Assembly (NCBI GenBank): GCA_035285545.1 | Contig: JAYKGY010000135.1 | Span: 1 to 64,000 of the forward strand | Length of the DNA: 64,000 nucleotides | Reading direction: 5' to 3' | Origin: Snowella sp. | GTDB taxonomy: Bacteria > Cyanobacteriota > Cyanobacteriia > Cyanobacteriales > Microcystaceae | Shown here: piece by piece, positions 22,401-32,304 of the stretch | Numbering within the stretch: position 1 is the stretch's first letter | How the letters are laid out: every line of letters starts with the position of its first letter | The notes under the pieces: generated by a model | Seen by the model: the letters and a program-made list of their open reading frames with translations, nothing else | Database searches by the model: none | What the model was told of the DNA's origin: nothing | Position numbers and translations under genes: made by a program

Positions 22401-23076
22401 CAATGAGGTTGTGACCTTATCAGAACCCGATCAACGATTTTTTCAGCAATATGGGGTTAATTCCCACTGCGTTCCCATTGGCATTGATACCCAAAAAATT
22501 AGCCAATTTTGTTTAAATGAACCGAACATTAAAAATCCTGAAGATTTAGAAACTCTAGCCCAACTTCCTGCTGATTTCTGTCTTTTTGTCGGTAGTCGCC
22601 ACCAACCGAATATCGAAGCCGTCCAGCAAATTCGTCATTGGGTCGCAGAAGCGGAACTAAAGGGGCAACCGTTCAATTATGATTTCGCGATCGCGGGGGG
22701 ATGTTGGGAACAAGAGAGCCTGAAAAACTTCCAATCTTTAGGAAAAGTTAGCGATGAGGTACTTAATTATCTGTATCAAAACGCGGCGTTAATCGTTTCT
22801 CCTCTAAAAGCAGGAACGGGAATGTCAGTGAAAATTATTGAAGCAATGGCCTATGGTAAAGTGATTCTGGGAACAACGGTCAGCTTTCGGGGCTACCCTG
22901 TTGAGTCGGGGGTTAACTGTATTATTTGTGATACCGTAGAAAACTATCCTGATGTAATTAGGGATTTACTCAAAGATCCAGCAAGATTAAAAAGTATTGG
23001 AAAAAATGCTCAAATCTTTGCTCAAAATTACGATTATCGTCGTTTATATCAAACCTATTTAGATTTAATAACATGA
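19474..23076 (+). CDS. Large multi-module GT4 (GT-B) glycosyltransferase
   Basis: GHHYE, YLGDARSEKG, SGVLTEALAAGKP in the first module; SGASQRV and GMSVKIIEAMAYGK in the last module. Confidence 0.85.
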   Translation: MNKFIIIDHSLCSLQGHHYECSVSVAEAAARLGYQPVTVANRAFPESLYPEGIKTLSVFERDWFDQPTVTPSLSKFQQLLLTLNDFFGDRSFENWSQELVEFKNYYFLKWRITQPKLSLFLEKVEGSTSRLIDWINQDIQLLRSIPLSNTVWGILKIIWGLIRFGFKIILKILNRFWQKLITIPEAKSFSDSLKNTLKELNLTPEDHILIHTLSIEQLEAIYHLLESWDINNLPQFHILLRRDTEDPLVLNAQGMGLKSCLNTFYEKQFWPEKIRFYTDTEDLVSRHNELSPIQLIQVAIPFRQEKLRDHATQNNEVLENINKPIHLVYLGDARSEKGYHHLPSLIENLWTDYLEPEKIKFTIQSNFNINGGESVVLDAKLKLEQYPSRNVQLIQEAMLPDEYYQLLNSADLVILPYNPESYQRTSGVLTEALAAGKPVVVPENSWLAQQVDESRAVIFESPETLASSVIQAINNLDELTKAANAYKLEWRVKQSPDTFVKCLLEKPDFSPQNTSALNKNLDNAQETQEAFNLIKSDQNILIILEIQKILKQQELALLSETIINYLFQCSYAVYGIFYLNPRKYQEQDLDLFSQKIRIIIDQFNFAKYWLLDSLTDIQIPSQINAQDYIDDLYCHRTSLIRDLVELNSFPTSEDLKQSLSAISINTIFLNEIPAIALIEKLGLSQISKIVEVNSLQSFDYALQNKRDRDLNELALETNLLNQCQVLITPEQKLAEKLRELTNQPTVYAYLGNQKNSQPSKQYYATLNNVFTDIFGDRALTLNNLNQTQKIAVLFPWADILERKSGASQRVGLLLDYLRSQNYDVACFSIGDRKPFWHSDIYYDYFQPRFEQANLVQGIYEDAYESWRSSVDLITEQLSEKIEITDQNNPETNWIPWIYYQFRFDPAFHEWIEKITNWADVVILEYPFWAKIVGKICQNKEIPLILTAHDVLSQKLDENSVLGKIALAEEIEALKQANEVVTLSEPDQRFFQQYGVNSHCVPIGIDTQKISQFCLNEPNIKNPEDLETLAQLPADFCLFVGSRHQPNIEAVQQIRHWVAEAELKGQPFNYDFAIAGGCWEQESLKNFQSLGKVSDEVLNYLYQNAALIVSPLKAGTGMSVKIIEAMAYGKVILGTTVSFRGYPVESGVNCIICDTVENYPDVIRDLLKDPARLKSIGKNAQIFAQNYDYRRLYQTYLDLIT

Positions 23077-26066
23077 AAGTTTTAATTGCGGATTTTGATC
23101 TATTTGCCAAAGTCGGTGGAGGTCAAACCTTTTATCGCAGCATTATTTTAAAAAATCCCCAAATTGACTTTTATTATTTAGCCGAAAAAGAAAGCTCAAC
23201 CGTCCAACGCCCAACGAATGCCCATCCAATTCCCTTCCAAGAAAAATATATTAAAGCGGATTTAAATAACTTTTTTGATGTTAATCCCCCTAAATGGGTT
23301 TATACCTCTTTTGTTCGGGCTAGTAATATTGCTTATTCTGTCGCAGGAATGCAATTTGATATTATTGATTCTCCCGATTATGAACAATGGGGAATTTTCC
23401 TTCATGCCGCGCTGAAATACCATCAAGTTAAATTTAATAAAATTGCCCTTTCGTTACATGGTAAAATTTCAACCACACTGTTATTAGATTGGTTTAATCA
23501 AGGCAAAGAGAATATTCCCTTATTAGTCGAAGAAGAAAAACAATACGCGACGGTTGATCTCCGTTATGGCATTAGTAAAAGCTATATTGAAGAGTGGGCA
23601 AAGATTAGTCCTTTAACGACCCATTATTATCATCCCTTACACTTTTTTGATTTACCCAAACCCGTTACCGAAGTTTCCATTGATGATCCTTTAAATCTCA
23701 ATTTTATTGGACGAACCGAACGCCGCAAAGGCCCGGATATTTTTATTGATCTAGTGCTTTGGTTGCCCCGCGCTCAGTATCAGCAAGCTAACATTATTGG
23801 CCCCCATAGTTTTGATGAAACGGGAACCATTTCTTCCCAAAGCTTTTTACAATCCATGATTCATTATCGTAAAGAGGAAATTCATTTTATTCCGCCCAAA
23901 ACGCAAGCGAATTTAATGACCCTATTTACGCAAAAAGGAATTACGTTTGTTCCTTCCCGTTACGATACGCTTAATTTGGTTGCCTTGGAATCCTTATTTT
24001 CAGGCTGTCCGACAGTGATCGGAAGCGGAGCAGGGGTTTGTCGCTTTTTGGAAGAGAATTTTAGCCACATTCCTTTCGTCAAGGTTGATATTACCAATCC
24101 CCACACTTGTTTACCAGAAATTGAGAAAATTTTAGTTAATTATTCTGAGTATCGTTGTCAATTAGTCGAAAGTATTCAATCGACGCAATGGGTCATTAAT
24201 GATCCCCCTTTAGCTGAAATTTATGAACAACCGAGTCATTGCAATCAGGAAATTCGGGATGAATTAAGTGCTTGGTACAATCAATTAATGGGATATTGGC
24301 GTTCTACTCAGGAGAATACCTCTTTTCTCCATCCCATCCGTTCTCAAGTAAAACCCACGGTGAAGAAAGCCGTTAAACAATTTAAATCTACTCTTTGCCC
24401 CGTTAAAGATAAATTATTAGATCCCCTGAGAAATGACTATAATGCCCAACTAGCAAAATCTCCTTTATTACTCCAAAAGTATGCCAAAACTTTTAATGAA
24501 CCAGAGCAAACCAGTCAGGAATTAGAGAAAAAATTAGAAGATCTCTGGCGAATTGGATCGGGTTACAAATCAGAATTGCTGGGTGTGCGGGGTAAATTAA
24601 CCATTAACTATCGGATCGATCGCGTCCGCTTGTGGCGAGAGTTGGCACGGGTTGAAGAATTACGGGGCAATACCCTAGTAACGGCAACCTATAAACTACG
24701 GGCAATGCGGGCGTTAGGAACCGATCAATTTGGCGATTTACCATTTGTATTGCGGATATTGCAAGAGAAGGGTTTTAGCAAAGAAGCCGCAGCCGTTTCT
24801 GCCTTGTATAGCCAACCGTCGGAACGAGAAAACCGTTGTTTTGAATTAATTGAGCAGGCAAGATTAGATAATTTACACAATCCTGCCAAGGATGAATACG
24901 AAATTTGGGACGATCGCCGAGAAAATAAGGACTACCGAGCCACAATCATTGTGTCGCTGTATAATGCGGCAGCCAAGTTGCCCCTGTTTTTACAAACGCT
25001 GAAATATCAAACCCTGATTCAACGGGGAGAAGCCGAGGTTGTTTTAGTCGATAGCGGTTCACCGACGAATGAATATGAAGTCTTTCAACAATTGGCTCCT
25101 GAATTGGGTTATCCGATTTTGTATGCGAGATCACCCCAACGGGAAACCATTCAGAGTGCTTGGAATCGGGGCATTAAATTAGCGCGATCGCCGTACTTGG
25201 CCTTTTTGGGAGTGGATGAAACCATTCTGCCCGACTGTTTGGAAGTCCTCGCCGCCGAATTAGACCGCGATTCCCAATTAGATTGGGTAATTGGCCACAG
25301 TTTAGTGACCAATGTTGACCCACAAGGACGTTGGGTAAACGACATCATGACCTATGACCGCACAGGCTACGAACAGGATTTGGTGTATCTGGAAACCTGC
25401 TATCTCTCTTGGGTGGGAGCCTTGTACCGTAAATCCATCCACGACCGTTTTGGCTACTACGATCAAAGTTTTCGAGGCGCAGGGGATACGGAATTTAAAA
25501 ATCGGGTGATGCCCTATATCAAGAGCAAGGCGGTTGATCGGGTTCTGGGTTTATTTTGGAACTATCCCGATGAGCGTACTACCCAAAGCCCCAATGCGGA
25601 AATTGAGGATATGCGGGCTTGGTATTTGCACCGTACCCTCGCGGGCGTGAAATATGCCTTTAGTCAGCGATCGCCGCAAGAAGTCGAAAATTTACTCTAT
25701 CATTGCCTCGCCTATCGTAAGTCCTACTGCGGCCACATCAGTACGGATTTTGATCATGCCTATAACTTAGCTTTGTATCTGCAATCTATCGCGCCTGAAT
25801 CCCCCGCTCTTAAGTATTTTACAGGCATTAAAAGCTTGTTAAATTCCTATCGAGGTTTAGATTGGATGCCCAAATTATCCCAGTTTGGCTCCTTTACCAC
25901 CGTTCGAGAAACGCGCCAACTAACCCAAGCCTTAGAACAAGAACATCGACAGTCTTGGCCCAGCGATCGCGCCTTTATTCCTACCTATAGAATCTTTAAT
26001 GATAACCGTCACGAACAACACGCCTTTTTGTGGTTTACGGATATCGCAGATAATAAAAAATCATAA
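23073..26066 (+). CDS. Fused GT4 + GT2 glycosyltransferase
   Basis: GGGQ, IGRTERRKG, LVALESLFSGCP (GT4); IIVSLYN, VDSGS, WNRGI, FLGVDE (GT2). ATGA overlap with upstream gene. Confidence 0.88.
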   Translation: MKVLIADFDLFAKVGGGQTFYRSIILKNPQIDFYYLAEKESSTVQRPTNAHPIPFQEKYIKADLNNFFDVNPPKWVYTSFVRASNIAYSVAGMQFDIIDSPDYEQWGIFLHAALKYHQVKFNKIALSLHGKISTTLLLDWFNQGKENIPLLVEEEKQYATVDLRYGISKSYIEEWAKISPLTTHYYHPLHFFDLPKPVTEVSIDDPLNLNFIGRTERRKGPDIFIDLVLWLPRAQYQQANIIGPHSFDETGTISSQSFLQSMIHYRKEEIHFIPPKTQANLMTLFTQKGITFVPSRYDTLNLVALESLFSGCPTVIGSGAGVCRFLEENFSHIPFVKVDITNPHTCLPEIEKILVNYSEYRCQLVESIQSTQWVINDPPLAEIYEQPSHCNQEIRDELSAWYNQLMGYWRSTQENTSFLHPIRSQVKPTVKKAVKQFKSTLCPVKDKLLDPLRNDYNAQLAKSPLLLQKYAKTFNEPEQTSQELEKKLEDLWRIGSGYKSELLGVRGKLTINYRIDRVRLWRELARVEELRGNTLVTATYKLRAMRALGTDQFGDLPFVLRILQEKGFSKEAAAVSALYSQPSERENRCFELIEQARLDNLHNPAKDEYEIWDDRRENKDYRATIIVSLYNAAAKLPLFLQTLKYQTLIQRGEAEVVLVDSGSPTNEYEVFQQLAPELGYPILYARSPQRETIQSAWNRGIKLARSPYLAFLGVDETILPDCLEVLAAELDRDSQLDWVIGHSLVTNVDPQGRWVNDIMTYDRTGYEQDLVYLETCYLSWVGALYRKSIHDRFGYYDQSFRGAGDTEFKNRVMPYIKSKAVDRVLGLFWNYPDERTTQSPNAEIEDMRAWYLHRTLAGVKYAFSQRSPQEVENLLYHCLAYRKSYCGHISTDFDHAYNLALYLQSIAPESPALKYFTGIKSLLNSYRGLDWMPKLSQFGSFTTVRETRQLTQALEQEHRQSWPSDRAFIPTYRIFNDNRHEQHAFLWFTDIADNKKS

Positions 26067-26083
26067 ACCCTCAGTAAAATCCG

Positions 26084-27430
26084 ATGGCAAAAAACATTTT
26101 TATCTCCAAAAATTGGTTACAAATTATTCTTGCCATTGTTATTGTTATTTCCATTATTGGTATTTTAGCCCTTAGAATTTACGCCATTTATAATACGGTT
26201 TCTATTCATACTTGGGATGATATCGGTTATCGCAACTATGCCATTGAATCAGCTAATTATATCGGTAATATTAGTAAAGCTTTACAGGATGTTTTTCTAC
26301 CGAATGCAGATCTATTAGATAATAGTCGAGCCATTGGTTATCACAGTTGGTTAGTTTTATTTTTAAAATTAAGAATTTCGGGGAATCCAGAACAAGTCTT
26401 TCAATTAGCCAATTTAGGATTATTAATTTTTCAAGCAATTATTCTATTTATTTTTGCGAAATGGTCAACCAAAAGTCAATTATTTGCAGGAACGCTGACT
26501 TTTTTATATTTATCTTCACCGATTGTTTTTGGGTTAAATCGATGGGTAATGACGGAAAATTATGTGATGCTTGGCTTGCTAGTTTTTAGTTGCATCCCCA
26601 TTTGGTTATTTAGTCAGGATTTTCGTCCCTTGTATCGTCGAGAAATTTTGGCCGGAATCGGTGGAGCTTGGTTAATCGGGATGTTTGGAACGATTCGGGA
26701 ATACGCTTTACCCAGTTTCTTTTTAACCGCGATCGCGACCAGTATGGGATTAATTTGGCAAAAGCGGCTTGATGCTTTTTTAAGTTTTACGATTATTTTT
26801 GCAATTTGTTGTTTAACGTTTTTGGAAGGTTGGGTGCAACTGTTTAAGTTAAGTCGTTATCGCGTCACCCAATCCGAATATTATCATCCCCTTCAAGAAT
26901 GGATTCCCCACTTTTTTGTTCATGTTATTGGGATAGCATTAGCCGTCTTTTTATTGGTGAATATAGTTATTATAGGAATTAATATTTATCAAAATTACCA
27001 ATCAAAACAATGGGATTTTAAACAATTCAAACTTGACTTAAGCTCTATTAGATTCAATCAAGGAAATAATCCCCTGCAATTATTGTGGTTAACTAATTTC
27101 AGTCTAGTGTTGCTTTATAGCTTTATTATTCTCATATCCCAAAGTCGTCAGGCGAGGGCTGGAATTTTGTTGATATTTTCATTATTGAGCTTGATTTTAA
27201 TTAGTATTCGTTATTTTAATATTTCCGAGAAAATTTTCAAAGCTTCTTGGTTTAATTTTATTTCTCTGATTTTAATTTTTTTATCCTGGGGAATTACCTA
27301 TCATCAATTATTTATTGCTTTTGATGGGGGAAAAAGCTATACCCATACAGCCTATGATTTAGAATACTATAACCATCCTCTATATTTACGCCCTTTAAGA
27401 AGTCCTGAAGACATGCACACCGAGTTATAA
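26084..27430 (+). CDS. Polytopic membrane protein, GT-C-like glycosyltransferase
   Basis: About 10 or more TM helices; WDD acidic motif in the first external loop; TE motif. Confidence 0.55.
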   Translation: MAKNIFISKNWLQIILAIVIVISIIGILALRIYAIYNTVSIHTWDDIGYRNYAIESANYIGNISKALQDVFLPNADLLDNSRAIGYHSWLVLFLKLRISGNPEQVFQLANLGLLIFQAIILFIFAKWSTKSQLFAGTLTFLYLSSPIVFGLNRWVMTENYVMLGLLVFSCIPIWLFSQDFRPLYRREILAGIGGAWLIGMFGTIREYALPSFFLTAIATSMGLIWQKRLDAFLSFTIIFAICCLTFLEGWVQLFKLSRYRVTQSEYYHPLQEWIPHFFVHVIGIALAVFLLVNIVIIGINIYQNYQSKQWDFKQFKLDLSSIRFNQGNNPLQLLWLTNFSLVLLYSFIILISQSRQARAGILLIFSLLSLILISIRYFNISEKIFKASWFNFISLILIFLSWGITYHQLFIAFDGGKSYTHTAYDLEYYNHPLYLRPLRSPEDMHTEL

Positions 27431-27451
27431 ATAAAGAATTTTACAACTATT

Positions 27452-29278
27452 ATGATTATTCCGAGTATTGGTTTATTAATTTTAGTATTAAGCCTGTGGG
27501 TGATTTTTGATCAAAAAATTTTATCTCCCTATCCCTTAATTCAAAAACTTAAAAAAGATCGCGTTTTATTAATAGGAATTATCATCATTGCTCTAGCATT
27601 AATGCTGGGGTATTTGGGCTATTGGGGGTTAATTGATAGTCGAACCTTACGTATTAGTCGTCAAACGATTATTATCTGGACAATTGTTGCTCTGATATTG
27701 AATTCTCCCGTTCTGGGTCAACTGCTACGCATTTCTCAATTTACCCAACAAGAGCAATCTTCTCCCTGGCGTTGGTTCACAATTAATACGGTTTTAATGG
27801 GGGTCAGTACCTACATTTTAGGTTGCTTATTGATTCGTTGTTTTATTCAAATCGATGGCAATGGAGATACTTGGATGTATCAACTTCCCTTTGCTGCGAG
27901 GATGTGGAATCTTGTCACCGCCGAAAATTATTTAATGGATGCAGATCGAGAATTACTCTATGAAACCTTTCCCAAATTAGCCAATTTTTTACAGGGGATG
28001 TTTTGGTCAATGGCAGGATTACGTAATCCTCAAGTTGCTAATTTAGTGAGTTTTTTAAGCTTGCTTGGATTCTTGGGATTTGTTAAAACTGCGTTTAAAA
28101 TTCCCTTTTATTTAATTGCGATCGCGCTTTTGGCAGTTCCCCTGATTCATATTGCAGCTACGGCTTGCTATGTGGATTTATTTGGGAATGTGGGAGCAAG
28201 TATGGTTATTTTATGTACCTATTTATTTTATATTGATCAAAAAAATATCACTCGCCAAAATATTTTATTTTTTATTCTAGGGGGCGCGATCGCGTCTAAT
28301 ACTAAATTTTTAATGGTTCCCATTGTTGCCCTATTTTTCGGCTTAGCTCTAGCCCGTATTCTTTATCTCCAAATCACTTGGAATCCGTTAAAAGTTAACC
28401 GACAGAATCTTTATAAAATCGCTATTTTAGCCCCCCTGTCGAGTATTGTTATTTTCTTCACTGAATTTCTCAATATCTTGACTTATCAAAATCCGTTTTA
28501 TCCCCTCAAAATATCCCTTTTTGGCTTTGTTTTAAACCATGCTTCTGTGCCATCCTCTGATTATATGTCGGCAAAAATTCAAGCCATGTCTCCCATTCAA
28601 CGGTGGGTTTATTCCCTATTAGAAATTGGGGCTTTTGATGCTCGCCGTCCTTGGCCTTGGTCAATTGCAATGGATTTTGTTCCCCTTGATAGTGATAGTT
28701 TCGGAATTGGCGGTTATTTTGCTATTTATGTTGTATTTAATCTACTTGTTTTTGCGTTTCTCTGCCGTCATTTAAATAATATAACGAAAATTTCTTTAGG
28801 GTTAATGATAGGCTTATCAGTGATCACGGCCTTTATGCCCTTTTCCTATCAACTCCGTTACTATTCCTACTGGATTATCGTTTTGATTGTTCTTAATCTT
28901 TATTTAATCAAACTAGAAGCAGAAAATTCTAATAGAAATCGTAATTATTATCAGATTAAACTACAACATTATGGCTTAGTTTCTGTATCTATTCTCTTTA
29001 TTTTCCTCTCCCTAACTCGATGGGATTTTACCTATCCCCGCAGTAATTTTTTAGATGGTTACCTAGCTCAAAATGTGGATGTTAAAACTCTATCGGAATT
29101 AAAGGATAATCAGGATTATTGCTTGGTCAATTTCAGCCCCCATACTTTTTTATATAATTCCCGCTTTTATCCTCAACGCAACTATTCGATTAAAAATGAA
29201 TTTGATATTAGTCCTGAATACTTACAAGAAAACTGCAAAGAACGGATTATGTTGTTCCCCCGTCCCTCTCGTTCTTAA
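27452..29278 (+). CDS. Polytopic membrane protein, GT-C-like
   Basis: Many TM helices; GDTWMYQLP, YVD, NPFYP and QLRY motifs seen in GT-C-type proteins. Confidence 0.55.
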   Translation: MIIPSIGLLILVLSLWVIFDQKILSPYPLIQKLKKDRVLLIGIIIIALALMLGYLGYWGLIDSRTLRISRQTIIIWTIVALILNSPVLGQLLRISQFTQQEQSSPWRWFTINTVLMGVSTYILGCLLIRCFIQIDGNGDTWMYQLPFAARMWNLVTAENYLMDADRELLYETFPKLANFLQGMFWSMAGLRNPQVANLVSFLSLLGFLGFVKTAFKIPFYLIAIALLAVPLIHIAATACYVDLFGNVGASMVILCTYLFYIDQKNITRQNILFFILGGAIASNTKFLMVPIVALFFGLALARILYLQITWNPLKVNRQNLYKIAILAPLSSIVIFFTEFLNILTYQNPFYPLKISLFGFVLNHASVPSSDYMSAKIQAMSPIQRWVYSLLEIGAFDARRPWPWSIAMDFVPLDSDSFGIGGYFAIYVVFNLLVFAFLCRHLNNITKISLGLMIGLSVITAFMPFSYQLRYYSYWIIVLIVLNLYLIKLEAENSNRNRNYYQIKLQHYGLVSVSILFIFLSLTRWDFTYPRSNFLDGYLAQNVDVKTLSELKDNQDYCLVNFSPHTFLYNSRFYPQRNYSIKNEFDISPEYLQENCKERIMLFPRPSRS

Positions 29279-29354
29279 AATATCGGCCAAATCTGAAGAT
29301 CATTCAGTCCTATAATTAGGAATAATTTATCTGGACTAATCATTTCTGATCCGT

Positions 29355-30530
29355 ATGCCGAATCCCGACATTTCGATTGTCATGCCCTGCTTAAATGAAT
29401 ATCAAACCCTGCCCCAATGTATTGCTAAAGCACAGGAAATGATTGACAAGCTGCAAATTGCGGGGGAAATCATCGTTGCAGATAATGGCTCGACGGATGG
29501 CTCGCAAAAGTTAGCAGAATCCTTGGGGGCTAGGGTGGTCGATGTGCCTATTCGGGGTTACGGAGCGGCGTTAATTTGGGGAATTCGGGCAGCCAAAGGA
29601 ACCTATATTGTCATGGGGGATTCGGATGATTCCTATGATTTTCGGGAAGCCGCCGCCATGATTGAAAAACTCCAGCAGGGCTACGATCTTTGCATGGGAA
29701 GCCGTTTGCGGGGAAAAATTATGCCTGGGGCGATGCCCTTTCTTCATCGTTATTTAGGAACGCCTGTTTTAACCATGATCGTCGATTGGTTATTTCAAGC
29801 TCCCTTTTCCGATGTGAATTGTGGAATGCGAGCCTTTACCAAAGAGGCTTTCTTGCAGATGGAGATGGAATCAACGGGCATGGAGTTTGCTTCGGAGATG
29901 TTGGTAAAAGCATCAATTTTGCGTTTGAAAGCAACTGAAATTCCGATTACCTTGCATAAAGATGGCCGCGATCGCCGACCCCATTTAAAAACCTGGTCAG
30001 ATGGCTGGCGACATTTAAAGTATATTTTGCTGTTTGCGCCGAAGTTTATCTACTGGATTCCTGGAATCATTTGTTTTGTACTCGGTGGAATTTTAGCGTT
30101 GGCGTTGAATTTAACCCCAGAAGGGCAACCCGTTAACTTTGCCGGCTTTCAGTTTAATGATCACTGGATTGTCGTCGCCGCGCTTTTATTTTTAATCGGT
30201 TATGAGATTCTTTTTACAGGTTTATTAGCCTATCTCTATACCCTGACCCATCGGGTTAAGCAACGTTCTGCCAGAATTGAAAAATTGATTCGTACCGTCA
30301 GTTTAGAGCGGATTTTGTTATTTTCAGGACTTTTATTAATATCAGGGCTAATTCTTGAATTTTCTGTGGTTAAAGCTTGGATTAGTGGGGATTTTGCTAA
30401 TTTAAATGCTTTCCGTCCTGCGATTACGGGTATGGCGTTGATTTTGATGAGTAGCCAAACCCTATTTAGCGGCTTATTTTATGCGGTTTTAGCTGAAAAA
30501 TATTCCAATAAATTATTAAATATTGAATAA
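29355..30530 (+). CDS. GT2 polyprenyl-phosphate glycosyltransferase (DPM synthase/GtrB-like) with C-terminal TM domain
   Basis: VMPCLNE, ADNGSTDGS, RGYG, MGDSDDSY, GMEFASEM. Confidence 0.9.
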   Translation: MPNPDISIVMPCLNEYQTLPQCIAKAQEMIDKLQIAGEIIVADNGSTDGSQKLAESLGARVVDVPIRGYGAALIWGIRAAKGTYIVMGDSDDSYDFREAAAMIEKLQQGYDLCMGSRLRGKIMPGAMPFLHRYLGTPVLTMIVDWLFQAPFSDVNCGMRAFTKEAFLQMEMESTGMEFASEMLVKASILRLKATEIPITLHKDGRDRRPHLKTWSDGWRHLKYILLFAPKFIYWIPGIICFVLGGILALALNLTPEGQPVNFAGFQFNDHWIVVAALLFLIGYEILFTGLLAYLYTLTHRVKQRSARIEKLIRTVSLERILLFSGLLLISGLILEFSVVKAWISGDFANLNAFRPAITGMALILMSSQTLFSGLFYAVLAEKYSNKLLNIE

Positions 30531-30559
30531 AAGTTTGAATTTAAAATTTTTATAACATA

Positions 30560-31054
30560 ATGTCGAATTTGCCGAAAAACGATAATTCTGAGTCACTCCC
30601 AAAGATCCCTATCATTACCTTTTTACATAATTTACTCAATCTAAGAATTTTTAAATTTCTAGGGGTTGGGGGATTTTGTGCGGGTTTAAGTTTGCTTATT
30701 ATGTATGGGTTTACATCTCTTTTAGGCATCAATTATTTGATTTCAACCGTGATTAGTATTGTTGTGACGAATTTTATTGGATTTGCTCTGAATAAATACT
30801 ACACATTCCAAACTCATAAAAAACTCTTTTGGCGAGAAATGTGGAAATACTATAGCGTGATGCTGTCGAGCTATATTTTAAATGTGATTATCATGTATTT
30901 TTTGGTAGATTTTATTAATATTTGGTATATCTATGCAAATATTTTATTAATTGTGATTCTCACGCCCTATAATTATCTGCTTCATCGCAATTGGAGTTTT
31001 AAAAAGAAAGTGGTTAATCAATCAAAAACGAATTTAAGTGATAATGACAACTAA
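30560..31054 (+). CDS. GtrA-family flippase-like protein
   Basis: KFLGVGG, NKYYTF, NYLLHRNWSF; four TM helices. Confidence 0.88.
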   Translation: MSNLPKNDNSESLPKIPIITFLHNLLNLRIFKFLGVGGFCAGLSLLIMYGFTSLLGINYLISTVISIVVTNFIGFALNKYYTFQTHKKLFWREMWKYYSVMLSSYILNVIIMYFLVDFINIWYIYANILLIVILTPYNYLLHRNWSFKKKVVNQSKTNLSDNDN

Positions 31055-32225
31055 TAATAATCAGCCGCTAAAAATCTTATTAATAACCCATTACTATCCC
31101 AATCATCGAGGCGGGGTAGAAATTGTTGCGGGAAAATTAGCGGAATATTTACTAAAAATTGGCGGAATTCAAATTACCTGGTTAGCCAGTAACGTAGATG
31201 AGCCTCCTACTGATATTGAGGGGTTACACTGTTTACCGATGCCAGCGTTTAACGGAATTGAAGAACGATTGCAACTTCCCTATCCAATTTGGAGCTTTTC
31301 GGCATTATTAACCCTCTGGCAACAGATTAAACAAACCGATATTATTCATATTCATGATTATTTGTATATGAGTAATTTAGCCGCTTTTATCTTTGCTAAG
31401 TTACAAAAAAAGCCCTTAATGATTACTCAACACATTGGGTTCATTCCCTACAATAATCCTGTTTTTCGTTTGTTACTCAGTTTTTTAAATTCAACCTTGG
31501 GTTGCTGGATTCTCCGTAACAGCGATCGCGTCATTTTTATTAGTGATGTAGTTCAACAATATTTTTCAGATAAAACAAGGTTTCGTCGTCCTGCTTTACT
31601 GTTGCCGAATGGAGTTGATACCAGTATTTTTATGCCCACTGATGAATCCACAAGAAAACAACACCGTCAGGAATTAAACTTACCGTTAAATCAACCAATC
31701 TTTTTATTTGTCGGCAGATTTGTCGAAAAAAAAGGCTTATTAATCCTGCAACAATTAGCTCAAAAATTTCCAGAAGTTCACTGGTTATTTGCCGGCTGGG
31801 GAGCGTTAGATCCGACCTCGTGGCAACTTCCCAATGTGACGGTTTTGCATAATCTTCGAGAAGCCCAATTAACGCCAGTTTATCAAACGGCAGATTTATT
31901 GATCTTACCCAGTAAAGGCGAAGGTTTTCCCCTTGTGGTGCAAGAAGCGATGGCCTGTGGAACGCCTGTAATGGTGGGAACAGAAACGGCCCAAGCTTGT
32001 AAAGCCGCAGAACATTTGATGTTTTCAGAACAGGTTGAATGTGATGATGGGGTATCGCGTTGGTCAGCTAAAATCAAAATCATTTTAGAAAATACTAAGC
32101 AATTGCAAGATTTAAGACTCCAGGTTTCTGAGTTTGCCCAATCCTATTGGTCATGGCAAAAAACAGCGACGGATTACTACGAAATTTTCACCCATACTTT
32201 TCATCAACAATTTCCCAAAAAATAA
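31044..32225 (+). CDS. GT4 glycosyltransferase
   Basis: GGVE, PNGVD, VGRFVEKKG, EGFPLVVQEAMACG. Confidence 0.92.
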   Translation: MTTNNNQPLKILLITHYYPNHRGGVEIVAGKLAEYLLKIGGIQITWLASNVDEPPTDIEGLHCLPMPAFNGIEERLQLPYPIWSFSALLTLWQQIKQTDIIHIHDYLYMSNLAAFIFAKLQKKPLMITQHIGFIPYNNPVFRLLLSFLNSTLGCWILRNSDRVIFISDVVQQYFSDKTRFRRPALLLPNGVDTSIFMPTDESTRKQHRQELNLPLNQPIFLFVGRFVEKKGLLILQQLAQKFPEVHWLFAGWGALDPTSWQLPNVTVLHNLREAQLTPVYQTADLLILPSKGEGFPLVVQEAMACGTPVMVGTETAQACKAAEHLMFSEQVECDDGVSRWSAKIKIILENTKQLQDLRLQVSEFAQSYWSWQKTATDYYEIFTHTFHQQFPKK

Positions 32226-32226
32226 G

Positions 32227-32254
32227 GGCACATCTAAAATTAATAAATGTACCC
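32227..32254. terminator. Possible bidirectional hairpin between convergent GT4 and pilT2
   Basis: GGGCACAT...ATGTACCC imperfect inverted repeat. Confidence 0.4.
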
Positions 32255-32304
32255 AGCAACTTTTTTCTTGTTAAACTTTTTGTGCTTTTAAAATTAATTC
32301 CAAA

